This document shows positions 43,011 through 57,162 of a stretch of DNA of 64,000 nt, piece by piece; within the stretch, counting starts at the first letter, position 1, and each line of letters begins with the position of its first letter. Source of the stretch: Eledone cirrhosa. Its lineage: Eukaryota. A program made the translations under genes and the position numbers. The notes beneath the pieces were generated by a model that saw only the letters and a program-made list of their open reading frames with translations, had not been told where the DNA came from and did no database searches. The stretch covers positions 329,468,001 through 329,532,000 of the forward strand of contig OZ024741.1 of the NCBI GenBank assembly GCA_964016885.1. Reading direction: 5' to 3'.

Positions 43011-46000
43011 CAGCTGCATTTATCTTGCTTTATTTTCATACGAGTTATCACCAAGTCACAACCAGTGACCTCAAGAGACAACAAGGTCCGCCATGTTCAA
43101 GAAAGAACATACATACTCACACAAGCATCTTTAGGTGTTTTGACTTATATTGACAGAATCTTCCTTAGTATATGGGCAGTTCCCATTAGTACTATCTTTT
43201 GTATTTCCCCTATACGCGGGTTTCCTGGGATTTGCGATAAATAATCATTAGACCCCTTGGGTATCATTCCTAGAGCGCCTACAACCACTGGTATTGTTTT
43301 AGTTCTCAATTTCCACATTTTTCCAATTTCTATCTCCAGGTCCTTATACTTGCTCAATTTTTCAAATGTTTTTATAGATACATTCTTGTCTATTGGAACG
43401 GACATATCAATTAGAAGGCATACCCTCTTTTTAAAGTCCTTCAGTATTATATCAGGTCTATTTGCATCTATTTTTTGGTCTGTTTGGATGCTAAAGTTCC
43501 ACAAGATTGAGATGTGATCTTTTTAAAGTATGGGAGGTGGTTGATGCTCCCACCAATTCTTTTGATGGGACAGGTCAAAATGCTTACACATTATCCAATG
43601 TATGTATTGTGCAGCTCTGTCATGCCTGTCTAGGTATTCGGTTGGAGCTATAGGACTGCACATTGAAATTATATGGTCAATGGTCTCTGGTTGTTTTTTA
43701 CATACACGGCATAATGGGCTGCATCCATTTTTTATTATGTTGGCTTGGTAATTTTGTGTTGGCAGACACTGATCTTGTGCTGATATAATCAGTCCTTCTG
43801 TCTCCGATTTCAGTCCAGAGGATGCCAACCACTGATGGGTTAAAGTTTTGTCAACATCAGGATTGTTAGCTCGTTCTGGGTATTTTTCATACAGAGGCTT
43901 TTCTTGCCATTTCTTAACCAGTTTGTGTAGCAGTTCTTTCTTTGCAGTTACTTTTACTTGCTTTGCTTTTTCTGTGTTTTCCATTTCAGCAGTAAATGGG
44001 ACTGTATCTTTGTGCATCTTTTGTAATGGAGTATGATCTTTTGATGCTTTCGTGTTTCAAAACGAGTTTGATCATCCAATCATGTGATTCCCTTAGGTAT
44101 GTAGATAATCCAATTGTTGCAGTTAGTTTTCAACGCAATATCTAACTGGATTAACCCACGTCCTCCTTCTTTCCTAGGGAGATATATTCTATCTGTATCT
44201 GCCTTAGGGTGATGCATTCTGTGCATGGTTAAGAATTTTCTAATTTTTGTATCGAGCCTACGGAACTCTGTGCTTGACCAGTTGATGACATTGTAACTGT
44301 AGGTTACTACTGGTATGGCAAGCGTGTTTATGGCATCGATCCTATTCAATTCCTTGCATTCAATTCCGTTCTTAAGATTGCTCTTACTCTGCGGTAACAT
44401 TCCTTCCTTATCCTTTCCCTCATTGTCGAGTGCTTGATTCCGTCTCCTTCACAAACACCTAGATATTTGTAAGTTTCCTCTTGATCAAGTTCTCTTATCA
44501 CATTCCCCCGATCAAGATTAATGTCTGAACTTTTCAGCAGCTTTCCTCTGGTGAACGTTGCTTTGGCGCATTTATCTAGTCCAAACTCCATTTTAATGTC
44601 ATCACTGAACTACTCCACAGTGGATAATAGCCCTTGCAATTGTTCATCATTTTTTGCAAATGGTTTCAGGTCATCCATGTAGAACAAGTTTTGTCATAGA
44701 CTTTATATCCATGTTTTGTTTCATTGAGCAATTTACTTAATGGTATAAGTGCGATGCAGAATAAAAGCGGTGATAAAGAGTCACCCTGAAAAATTCCACA
44801 ATTAATATTAACTTCTCCAGCTTCCAGTGATTTTGTTTCACTATTCAAAAGGAGTGTCGTTTTCCATGTCTTCATACTGAATGACAAAAACCTCCTGACA
44901 ACGGGAGATATTTTGAAAATCTCTAAACATTTTTCAATCCAACTGTGTGGCAAACTATCGAATGCTTTTTTATAATCTATCCAAGCAATTGATAGATTGT
45001 TGTGTCTATTATGACAAACTTCCAGTATCATTTTGTTAACCAAAAGCTGATCCTTACAGCCATATGAGCCTCGTTTACACCCTTTCTGCTCAATGGGAAA
45101 TAGGTCATTTGTTATCAGGTGGTCATATGTATATTCAGTTAGGACTGATGTTAAAATTTTATACATTGTGGTCAAGTAAGTTATCGCTCTGTAATTTTTG
45201 GGATTGTTTGTCTCATCATTCTTCGGAAGCAGAAATGTAATGCCGTTAACTAGCCATGATGGTATCTTTTCTGGCTCCTTAACTATTTCATTGTAAAGTT
45301 GGGCTAACAGCTCATGAGACTCTGTGAAGGCATTTATCCAAAAAATTTGTATTTTGTCTTTTCCTGAGGATTTCCATTTGCTGGTTTTTCTAAGAGCCAA
45401 ACGCAACTGTTCAACTGTTATATTTTCCCATATTTGTTCCTCAAGGTGAGCTTTATCTTTCATTTGTCTGTCTATCCATGGGGCATGTATATTATGAACT
45501 TTTTCTTCGGCCCAGATCTTTTCCCAGAATTCTTGCACTTCCTCTTTGGGTGGTATTGATTTAGCAGTTATTGTTGACTTGCCAATTTTTCTGTAGAAGT
45601 TTCTTTGGTTGTTTTTGAACATATTATTGTCCTTATAGAATCTAGATCGTTTTTCAAAGCGCTTTATACGAGCAGCTTTGGCCGACACTTTTTGCTTGAT
45701 TATTTCTATCAGCATGTCTATGTCACTTGTTGATTTTATACTGTACTTTCTTTTCAATTTTCTAAGTTTAGTTTGTTTAACATGTTCACCTACTTTATAG
45801 TTTGTTAAAATTTCTATGTCAGATCGGAGAAGGTTTATTTGGCGATTGATGTTCTCTTACCAAGTAGATTTCTTGTGGGAATTCCTTTGTTTTTTTCATT
45901 TTCACTCCACATAATTGAGTGGTGACTTTAGCCGATGCATAATAGAGATGATTTAAATCAGTAATGTTTAGTTTGTTTGTGATGATAATGTTTTTGAGAA

Positions 46001-46935
46001 TTATGTTAGTCTTGTATTATCTTTTGGTTCTGTTTGGAGTTCTGGATCTTATGGAGGATGTCTCGTTCCCCCATGTCAGATTCTTTCATTTTCATCCATT
46101 CGATCATAATTTCATCCTTCAAGTTGGCAAGTTCATTCTCATTCATTTCTTTATCATTTACGATCTCATTGTTTTCATTTTGAGTTTCATCTTGAGCATG
46201 CACTCCCTCCACTTTTTCGATCCTTTCTTTAATTTGTTCTGTTGTCAGTGATTCCGCCCCAACCCTGGGATTCGAAGTGTTACAATTTACCTCGTTTTCA
46301 CTGACACATGTTTAATTTTCCCTTCGCTGACTTTGTGCTAATAGCTTGATCTGATCAATTTCACTATCAGTTAGTAACTTTTTTTTTACAATATTTCTTC
46401 GTATATTGGCTAGTTTGTTACTGTCAATATAGCCTCTGTTTTCGGGATGTTTCTTTTTCCAATTGATATATGTCTGTTCTGTATTCGATGTATTTGATGG
46501 TTAGTACATGGCAGTGTAGAAAGCCTCAAGGTCTTCTTTATTATCTTCCCTTGACCATTTTTCTCTCTTTTTCTTTGGATTTCTTGGTGGTGAGCATGGA
46601 GGGCCAACAGTAGGAGTATTCCGGTTATGGGAGGTCTCCAGCTCCGAAGTGATGGGAAGGTTTGAACCATTAGCTGATTTTTCGACCCCAGTCTGGTTCC
46701 TCTCTGAGGGACGCGGCCCTTTTTGACCCGGGTGACGGCCGATCCGGTATGAGATTTTATCATTTGACATTTACTTTATTTTGTCGCGTTTTATCCTTAT
46801 CCGCCAAGGGGTAATCATTTCGTGTTACCACTTCTAGGACGAGTGTCAACCAAGACTAGAGGGGTCGTCCTCCCCTAGAGACACGGCTATTCACCGCCTG
46901 CCGCCATCCCGGTATTTCTTGGTCACGGAGTTTTC
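43011..46935 (-). mobile_element. Near full-length R4/Dong-like non-LTR retrotransposon (RT plus C-terminal restriction-like endonuclease), frameshifted
   Basis: ATG at 46770. RT motifs WIDYKKAFDSLPH and GIFQGDSLSPLLF; zinc-knuckle region CRVC...DHIISMC...RHD; RLE motif NRPDIILKD...IDMSVP...KLSKYKDL. The 3' end abuts (TAA)n at about 43010. Confidence 0.9.
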
Positions 46936-47918
46936 TTTTTTGTTGTTTTTTTTTAAATTGTTATTATCATGAGTGGTTCCTTAATGTGAGCATTGCGTGG
47001 CTTAAGAATGAAATTATTAATAATATAATATACTTTTTGCTGAAGTTGCCTGTTATTATTGTTGGCTATGTCGGTGGTGGTGCTGGGGCTTTTTCTATTG
47101 TTGGTGGGGAATGGGGGAGCCAGCAGTGCCATAGTCGTTGACGTTTGGCCGGTAGCCGGGTCACTAAGTCAATCTATTTATATCTTTTGCTAGCCTCTCC
47201 CTTGTCTAGTGATATCGCCACCGTCCCCTTTCTTAAGTTAACAGAATTTAATGGGGGAATAGTGGTGGTAGCAATGAAGGAGTGGTGGCGGCGGTGATGG
47301 GATAGTGGTAGCAATGATGGATGAAGTGGTGGCGGCGGTGACTATAGCGATGGCGTTGTCGTTACTGAGTTTTGTTGAATAGACTGTAGTTTGTTTGATC
47401 TGAGTATCTATGCGGTTTGTCGCGTATGTTTAATATATGTGTTGACATATTCACTTTAATATTGGAATTAAACATTTGTGAAAACTTGAGACAATAATAA
47501 TAGTAATTATTATTATTATGTTGGGATTGGTGGTGGTGGTGGTGAAATTGCCGTTTTCTGGCTGTTGTATTTAGTGTACACAGAGGGGTGATGGGGTGGG
47601 TGGTGTATCTAGTTTGTGGTGTTGGTGAAATTGCTGTTATTTGGATGTTCTATATAGTGTAGACAGAGGGTGGTTTTTCTTCCATTTATAACCATTTTCT
47701 TTTTTGAATATAAAATTTATAATACAAAATTGAATATTTGAGCGATATAACAGGATATTATGGATCCGAATTTTTTCTGAGAGCTGAGTCTGGTGCTTTA
47801 TGTATCATTTGTACTAAGAATTGTTATTTCACAATTGATTTAAATATGTTAAAAATCAAAAACTTATTGGAGCGATTTCATGACCTTCTATCCACCACGT
47901 GCGTCTTCTTCCTCCACC

Positions 47919-47960
<42 letters not shown>

Positions 47961-48457
47961 TGAAATTGAAATGTTAAATAACACCAAAGATTTAAAGCTT
48001 AATATTAATTCAGGCAGAAAAAAAATATGTTCCTAATGTTTTTCTGCGTGAATTAATATTAAGCGTTTTAATAAAATCCGATGAATCCCGTCGCACTGTA
48101 TAGATAGACACGGCAGTTTAAAGATGCTTCAAATCTTTTGTGTGTATATATATATATATATATACAAAATATTGACACTCCAGTTGATACTTTACTGATA
48201 ATACTTTAAGAAACACAAGTTGTAGAGTTCTTTATGTCTGTTTACGACCAAAATCGGTGGATTATCTGATCAACCAACTTTTATTCACTGGAATAATATA
48301 TATATACATGTGTAGGTTCCGGAGCAGTGTCGGGAGTAATCACAGTTAAAACAAGGACTCAATCCCTTCGTAGAGTATAAGCATATTTATTATATGTAGA
48401 AATGACTGCTACGTGACTAGAACTGTTTCATTCGGATGAAATGATCAGGAACATCAG

Positions 48458-48622
48458 ATAATTGCTTTTACTTTTGGCACAAGGCCAGCAATTACGTTAT
48501 TTTATCGACTTCGTAAGGATGAAAGGCAAAGTTAACCTTGGCGGGATTTGAACTCAGACAGTAAAGGGAGGTAACTCTATGCTGTAAAGCATGGCGTCCA
48601 ACCCTCTACTAATACTGCCAAT
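48458..48622 (-). mobile_element. Nin-type SINE
   Basis: Core and B-box in reverse orientation. Confidence 0.8.
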
Positions 48623-48871
48623 ATGTCTGATAATGTTGGTCAGTTTTGGTTATTTATAGGTGTCTGTCGGTGGTAGTTGAGGGTGGAGGAGGAGGGTAGT
48701 GGGATTTCTAACGATATAAGTATCTGATGGTGGGGCACCTCTTTCCTTACATATATATGCGTGCGTGTGTGTGTGTACTGAAATGTATGTTTAAAACACC
48801 AGCCTGATGAAGTGATAGCTGAAACTTCGAAGTCATTCTCATTTTCCTCTTCAGAAAATATATTTATGTAA

Positions 48872-48957
<86 letters not shown>

Positions 48958-49172
48958 ATTTCTCACATAAATACAATACGAAACAAATATGCCTGCGTGT
49001 GTGTGCTTCATATAGAAATAATGTGTTGCTATTATTAAGAGATATAACACAACTTAAGAGTTGTAATATCTCAAGGTTCCTTCTCTTCCCATGTGTACGC
49101 TTCATTTAAATTATTCTTATATTCAACTTATCTTTTCGCTTCCTTACCGAAACTGATTTTCTCTAACCCTAC

Positions 49173-49240
<68 letters not shown>

Positions 49241-49342
49241 AATATAAGAATGAGTGAATGCACAGACTCTGGGACATGGCCTCAGCGTGTCGACTGGAAC
49301 ACATAATAGAGTTATATATTATATAAATGTATATTATATATA

Positions 49343-49423
<81 letters not shown>

Positions 49424-49492
49424 AAAAAGAGATGAAATCGAAAATGCAACTGGAGTCTTATTTTTTTTTTAAATATATATATTTATTTGGTT

Positions 49493-49530
49493 CCTTTACC
49501 GGTTTCGCAGTTCTTCTGCTTTTCAAAAGG
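49493..49530 (-). ncRNA. Hammerhead-like motif with U3-A8 variant core
   Basis: CCUU-UUGAAAA-GCAG aagaa CUGC-GAAA-CCGG-UA-AAGG. Confidence 0.6.
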
Positions 49531-49979
49531 TGAGTTGAGATGGAGGGTCTGTGGTTTTTCTCACATCTGGTTGGTCTCTGAATGTTACTTGTTTTATATG
49601 GAAAAAGTGGCTCGAAATGCCAGGTTTTTCGAGAAGTAATTTGATTGGTTTGTCAATAATTATAATAAATTTCGCGCCAGTTCGCGTTACAATTGTTCTT
49701 CAAATAAGAGAGGGGGGGTTGTCACAGGTTGTTTTTTCATATATGAGTGTTTGAATTTCTTTTTACTTGAAAAAAGGAGGCTCACGAAGGCTTATTTTTG
49801 GTTGGTTATAAATGAAATTTGGCTGTCACATGAACAAGTTTTCATTACATTTTTACATTTTTGCGCCCTTATTTGGAAAACTATTCTGTAGTCTTTGAGC
49901 CACTTTTTCCATATAAAACAAGTAACGTTCAGAGACCAACCAGATGTGAGAAAAACCACAGACCCTCCATCTCAACTCA

Positions 49980-50017
49980 CCTTTTGAAAAGCAGAAGAAC
50001 TGCGAAACTGGTAAAGG
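49980..50017 (+). ncRNA. Hammerhead-like motif with U3-A8 variant core (opposite arm)
   Basis: cctt ttgaaaa gcagaagaactgc gaaa ctgg ta aagg. Confidence 0.58.
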
Positions 50018-50157
50018 AACCAAATAAATATATATATTTTTTAAAAAAATAAGACTTCAGTTGCATTTTCGATTTCATCTCTTTTTCTTTATACTTTCTT
50101 TCACTCGTGTAGGACACCTCGGTTATTTTTCATTTTGTAAAAAAAAAAAAACCTCAC

Positions 50158-50259
<102 letters not shown>

Positions 50260-50504
50260 GGTGTGGGATGCTTAAAGCGTCCGTATGCGATAGGCCGTTT
50301 GAGCACTGGATCCCCTTACAGAGCAGAATATAATATCACATAAGAAACGGAGAATCAGTGGTGCGACGAATTAAAATTTATTAGACATATTACAATCGTT
50401 TCTCTGGCCACCAGTTCGAAGCACGATCGATGCGATGATCGAACCTGACTCTGAAATCGCAAGATCCTCAGATACCTCTCGATCTTTCGAAGCAGAGTTT
50501 CTGC

Positions 50505-52152
50505 TCACCTGTTCTAGCCATCCGGCTGGGGCCATGCTGGGGCACCGCCCTTGTTGCTACACATTATATGTCCAGCCTGTGTTGGCTGGCCATTGGTGTA
50601 AGAGGGAGTCCGCTATTTCTGCCCTTAGGTTACCTTCGTACCGTGCTGTGGGCTCATCCGGGGTCCTGGATAGCAGGGTGTCGATATGTTTCTTTAAAAT
50701 TTCCACGTCCACATCATTCAGATCTCTCAAATATCTTGGCAGCTTGTTGAAGAGTTGAGGGCCTTTGAACCTCAGACTATTGCAATATCTGCTCCTTATT
50801 CTAGATGTGGAAGACGGGACTTTGGTACCACACTGTGACGTCCTGTTTGGTGGTTAGTCCTGCTCTCAATGCCAAAGTCTGGTGCTAGTCCTCCAGGATT
50901 TTCCTTATTCGTATCTCTCCCGTCTTCGTTCCAAGGAATAGAGTTTCAGTTATTTTAGCCTCTCCCAGTAGCTTATCTCCTTCCTCATCACAATCCTTTT
51001 GGTGTAGCTTCGTTTGATTGCCTCAAGCTCCGTGGTTAGTTTGACACTATAGGGTGACCACAGTTGGGAGCAATAATCCAGTCGGCTTAGGACAATTGCC
51101 CTCCATAGTACCAACATGGTCTCTCGGTCTCTTGTCGGGAAAGTTCTCAAGATCCAGCCAGCGAGTCATCTGCACATTGTCGCTACCCACATGATGTGTG
51201 AAGAAAAAGATGCATCGTCGCTCATCTCTATCCCTAGATCTCGTATCGATATTGTCACGGGGATTTCGATCCCTCCTGGTCCGGTGTAGCTGTGTTATAT
51301 TGTCTTTGTGTTTGCAGGTTGGTATTGTAGGGCTTGAAATTTTCCAATGTTAAACAGCATGTTGTTGTCCTCAGCCCATTTGTATATGGCATCCAGATCT
51401 TGTTGTAAAAGGGCAGCGTCAGCCGGGTTTTTTATTGCCTGTGCTACCTTTGTATCATCAGCATAGCTAGTGAGGGATGATGTATGTACTACAGAGAGCA
51501 TCTCTGAGAGACCCACCAAAAACAGTAGTGGTCTCAAGACTGTTCCCTGGGGCACCCCCTTGTTATTGATGTTTCCTTTGAGAGGGCCCCATCGGCTGCA
51601 ACTGTCTGGCTTCTGTCTTTTAAGAAATCATGCAACCACTCACCCACTTTTCCAGTTATGCCGAGTCTGTTTAGTTTGTAACATATCATTCCGTGGTCGA
51701 CATTGTCAAAGGCCTTCGCAAAGTCAAGATATATCACGTCCACATGTGAGCTGTTCAGCAGCTGTTTCAGTACCCAGTCACAGTGTTGTAACAGCTGTGT
51801 AAGGCAGCTTCTTCCTGGGCGAAGGCCATGCTGCGTGTTAATTAGGCGGTCATTTTTCCTCGAGGAACGTGATCAGTTTCTTTCTGATGATTCGTTCCTT
51901 GACCTTGCTGATATGTGACGTTAGGGAGACTGGCCTGTAGTTTTTGGCCTCCGCTCAGCTTCCTCCTTTATCTATAGGGCATATTGTGTCTTCTTTTAGT
52001 TCTCTGGGTAGTTTACCGCTAGCCAAAGAACGTCTGAAGAGGGTATTTAGTGATCTTGCTAAGGCACGCTTACATGTTTTTAGGAGGATTGCTGGGAATC
52101 CATCAGGTCCAGCAGCTGAGTTTGTTCTAATTTCGTCTATGGCGGATGTCAC
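50505..52152 (-). mobile_element. CR1-like LINE RT/3' fragment, same family as 39115
   Basis: AAGPDGFPAILLK, DVIYLDFAKAFDNVDH, PQGTVL.PLLFL and YADDTK; same 3' tail in the reverse orientation. Confidence 0.88.
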
Positions 52153-52377
52153 ATTTCCTCATATTATATATGTATATTTATATATATATATAGAAATTAT
52201 ATATATATATAGAAATATATATATGCATAGAAATTACCGTGAACTCGCTGCATAACTATGGAAGCATTTTGTTAAGTCAAACAAAGCCGTACGTTAAAAC
52301 TATCCACGACGCAGAGTACTCACAATCTCTAACTGGATTACCTATAACGATAACTTGTTATCCCATATATATATATA

Positions 52378-52432
<55 letters not shown>

Positions 52433-52635
52433 ATATACATATATTATATATTTATTTTTACATATACATATGATATATGTATATTTATATATACATGTTA
52501 TATATGTATATTTATGTATTTATATATATCATATATACAGACAAGGATTTTTTCATTCTGGGGATTGAAAGCGAAATTTTTTGCTTTTAAGAAACCACTG
52601 GTAAATGGAATAATTGCCTTATGTTGTTTATTACA

Positions 52636-52679
<44 letters not shown>

Positions 52680-52800
52680 TATATGTATGTTTATATATAT
52701 GTATATATATAGTTATTTATATATTATATATGTATATTTATATATATATATTATATATATATATAATATATGTAAAATATATATATCATATATATATATG

Positions 52801-52872
<72 letters not shown>

Positions 52873-52888
52873 TATATATATGTATATA

Positions 52889-52960
<72 letters not shown>

Positions 52961-52961
<1 letters not shown>

Positions 52962-55900
52962 TACCAGTTTAGCCCGGCGTTGCTCGGGTTTGTTTATTTG
53001 CTATGAAAAGTTACAAACAGGTAAACGTAGCTTGAAAGCGCATAAGGTTATCAATTAAGTGCATAAATCAGTTGAACCGGTTATGAATGGTTACGAACCA
53101 ATTAGCATTTTGGACAATCAATGATGGGTTAATAATCTTCCAATAGCGAATTTAGTAGACCAAAGTTGCAAGATGGTGGCCCTGATGCCGCTGGGTGTCA
53201 GATCTGTCCGCTATGGGTGACCCTACCATTTTCCAGACGGCATAGCTCCAACACCTCCAACACCCGCACCCACACCTATAGCACCTCTTTGTAGACGATA
53301 TTGCGTGTCATCCCTTGAGGAGTGTAAGTAAAAAGTCCATTCCTGCTGCCTACGCGGGAACAGGCAACATAAAGTTGGCCATGGGAGAAGCATGGCTCCC
53401 CAAAATGGATGCCCGCCACCGACAATGTTTGCCCTTGTGACTTGTTAATGGACATGGCAAAACATGGTCTCACCGGAAATTGGGATCGCTGGAAATCGAA
53501 CGGGATATCTGACGCCGAAGAGAAAAGGTTCATCCTTGGAATGAAAACATTCTCCCCTCTCCCGCACCCCGTTACAATGGTGGCCTCAATCAAGTGGGGC
53601 GTCAGTGACTTGACGACCATGCGAGTACCGTTGCACTGCTTTTGTGGACGCAAGTTCCTTATTAGCATAATGGGACAGCCAACCCTAAGCTTAAGAATGT
53701 GAGGTGGGAGCCCTGGGGGCTCAAGTGAATTTAATAACTCAACCGGATAATTAACGATATCGTCGTGGTCTGACGTCCGGTCGATATATTTGAAGATGTG
53801 TTCTTTACCGGGAATTTTCTCAATCAGCTGCTCGTTAATAAAATTAACCATGGTATTTTTCGGAGCAAGGATGGCTCTTTCGCTGAGCCAATCGAAGTTT
53901 TTAAAGTTAGATGAGACATTAGGAAAAACTGCTTCCCAATGGTCAGAAGGGCTGCTCACAATGTTGCACAGGGAGTCGATTGCTATGCCCCCCTTGTCAT
54001 CCGCAGGGACCTTGCCCTCACCAAGTGGTAAAATATTCTGAGCAAATGCTGCAGACATGTTGTCACCATGCAAATGAGCACGCATATTTGTGTTCAGGTA
54101 CAAACTCTTCACCTGGGGCCACAACGTGGACGATTTAAGGCAAGCACGCACTTTATCAGCTCTTGTCCCTTTGGGGATGACAGGCAGCATTTGCTGAAAA
54201 TTCCCTGATAGCAGAAGGGTCACGCCACCCATAGGAGCCGTAGAATCCCTAATGTCTTTCAGCGTACTGTCCAATGCCTCAAGGGCACCCTTGTGTGCCA
54301 TTGTGCACTCATCCTAAACAATGAGGCAACATTTTTTGAGAACCAGAGCTTCGTGTGAACTCTTGCTGATATTGCATGTTGGTGTCTCAGTTTTTACTAA
54401 ATCCAAGGGGAGTTTAAAGTAGCAGCGATCCCGGACGATGCAACGGCCAACGCAATTTTTTTCTCCTGAAGAATCTTAGCGAGAATCAATTTCGTTACAT
54501 AAGTTTTTCCGGTACCCCCAGGAGCACCGAGAAAGTAAATACCCCAAGTCTGATTTTGAACCGCGTCAATGATAGTTAAATAGGCCAATCTTTGGTCCAA
54601 CAGAAGTTTGGGCTCATTTTCCTCTAAGTATTGGGAAAGAGATTCGATGTCATATTCTGTTTCCTGCAACAAATCCGGGGCCAACGTGTTAGCTTCCTCT
54701 CTGACGGTTGACGGCAAGCCATACGTCGCCAACTCACTCCCACCCATGTCGAGGAGGGCGTCCTTGATATCAATGAGTGCCCTGTTGTAGATAATGTCGC
54801 TGTAACCAACTTCCACTGAAGGATACTGCAGATGAGCCAGGCACAGGAAGTCCTCAGACATGAAGTCTCTGTACTTGACCCATAAAGATTTGGGTTCACC
54901 CAATTCACACTTTTGAAGCAAAATAGCAAAGAGTTCCCGTAGACCTTTAGGTGATTTCAACAAAGCACCCTCTGCTAAAGTGGAATCCCATTGCGAATCA
55001 TCTTCCAAAAGACCACGCTTAAATTAGGCTTCCCGGTATCATATTTCTCCATCAACAGTTTTGAGGTCCTGAAAACTTTGTGGGCCTACAACTTCATGCA
55101 GAAGAGGGCGGAGATGAACGCATTCATGCTGACTTGGGGGCACAGTGTAAACCCTTTTAAGACAGCTGTCAAATTTTACACCAGGATATCTTTCAACAGC
55201 CTGACCTGACTTTCTTCGCACCCAAGTGTTTTTCGACCATATAAAGTAGGATGGAACCTGGGAGTACACAATTGTTTGCTCAAATGTATCAAACTGGCAA
55301 AGTTTGAAGAAACCCGTCAGAGTGGTCTCTTTCGGATCGGCGGCCAGCTTGGCGGCGGTTTGGTCCGTAAAGTAAACCCTTTGCCCATTTTCAAAATGTA
55401 TCGCAAGTTGTACGATGGCGGGGTGACGTTGGTGTAGGGGTAAACCAAATAGGCGCCAAAAAGCTTCATTGCTACTGATGTACCGCCCCGCCAGGTATTC
55501 TGTGACCTCGTCCCTGCTATTTTCAGCTTGAAATGCGAATATTGCGGCATCAGAGCCCTTATTTATATATTTGCATATGTATTTTATAGACTTGACGGAG
55601 TTGCAAAACTCAACGTTGATGTGGGCGTTGAACATCGTCAAGAGAAGCGGGCAGTAAGGGACCACCCATCTATTGTCGACTTGACCTCCCTTTACTGTTG
55701 TGGTGAAGCCACATTTCTCGGGCCGTCTCCGCCTGTACAGGGGGTACCCATCGCCACCAGTCTGAGTCTCGTCAACAAATTTTTGGGGGTATCCCTTACT
55801 GCACGACCCCCCTTTTCAGACACGTGTGATGCTCATTAGGACCCGACGCACACGGACCATGTTAGCTTTGACGATGTCATGTAATTCCTGGTCAGTTGCT

Positions 55901-57120
55901 GGGTTAGGGATTTCAGCCGAAAAGAAGCTGTCTATGGCATTTGAATTGATTTTATCAGCTAACGAAATCAAAATGTAAGCATGTGGCAGCCCTCGTTTTT
56001 GCCATTCGACGGTGAACATGTCACATTTTACAGCCCCAAATACCTGACCTTTTTTATTAAAGCCATGAGTTTAGCCAGTTTCAGTCTCAACACTCTGGCA
56101 ATGAGGTCATGTCTGTTCGAATAATTTAGCCCAGGAAAAGGTTCACGGGTTACATTCCGATTCATATGTCTAATACATTAATCTGTTATATGAAGTGTTA
56201 TTTTGCGGGTTGTTATTTGCAATAAGCCGATTAAAAATGCCCCAGATAAACCGTATGCCAATACGGAACGCTCAATACGGAACGTTCCACTGCTGTGTTG
56301 TCATATGGGGAGTGAAGAGCGACAGAGAGAGTAAAGCAGTTAAATTATAGAGGGGGAATATACGGAACGCTCCATTTGATCATATACATTGTTTCTCTCT
56401 CTGCAGTGTTGTCATATAGGGAGTGAAGAGCGACAGAGAGAGTAAAGCAGTTAAATTATAGAGAGGTCGTTATTGTTACGTTTGTTATTTTATAAATTCA
56501 TCTGTTGCTTTTGAATATTTGTTATTTGATGTAAATTGTAACGTTGAGAGAGCAGTATGTATTTAGTGTTATCGGCTTTTTAAATTTTGATATTTGATGT
56601 ATGAGTGTCGTTATGAATGTAGAGAGGGGGAATAATCTATTGTAGAGAGAGGGAAGAGCGACGGAGAGAGTAAAGCTATGGTTGTTGTGTTGCTTAGGTT
56701 TCAAAGTTTGTGTCGCGTTCCTTCAAAAGAAGTTTTGTTGTTCTAAACTGTAAAGGGTAGTAGACGGAGGCAGTAACCTTTTAAAGAGAGTTGCAAAGGA
56801 GATTGAGGGGGGAGTAGAGAGAGTGATGAACCTTTTAAAGAGAGTTGCAGAGGAGGTTGAGAGTGGAGTAGAGGAAAATATGAACCTTTTAAAGAGAGTT
56901 GCAACATGTATGTAGTTTCATATATTTTTGATGGTAGTAGTGAGAGGAATGAAGCGTGTAAGAGAGAGGGTTACAGCATGTATTTAGTTTTATCGATTTT
57001 TTTCATAGAAACAGGACATTTTTGGCAAAAATAATTACGCGTTGACCTGCATTCATCAAAATCGGTAGAGAAATGTGGAAATGCATAAAAATCATACACA
57101 CACACAGACAGACATCTACC

Positions 57121-57155
<35 letters not shown>
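52961..57155 (-). mobile_element. Helitron, internally deleted, with degraded Rep-Pif1 helicase
   Basis: Broken ORFs from about 56150 to 53276. Rep motifs EWQKRGLPHAYIL and KSIKYICKYINKG; helicase motifs GAPGGTGKT, FAMSINKSQGQTL and HGQLYVACSRV. On the minus strand a 3' hairpin cccgagc-aac-gccggg precedes ...ctggtag at 52961. The 5' end (tatataaaacggtagatg...) merges into (TA)n. Internal tandem repeats lie at about 56290-56465 and 56760-56905. Confidence 0.9.
53276..56150 (-). pseudogene. Helitron Rep-helicase pseudogene (frameshifts and stops, N-terminus missing)
   Basis: ORF-track pieces 55816-56019, 55039-55665, 54397-55008 and 53276-54301 are colinear Rep to Pif1 segments. Confidence 0.9.

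Positions 57156-57162
<7 letters not shown>

Larger units (their letters stand above)
49421..50090. mobile_element. Inverted-repeat element (~195-bp arms) with a variant hammerhead in each arm
   Basis: 49421-49615 is the near-perfect reverse complement of 49895-50090. The left end abuts (TA)n. Confidence 0.8.

Noticed and set aside
48800-48840. ctgatga-agtgatagct-gaaa-cttcgaag-tc as a functional hammerhead
   Set aside because: The core and palindromic stem III are present but stem I does not pair. Counted only as a degenerate relic.
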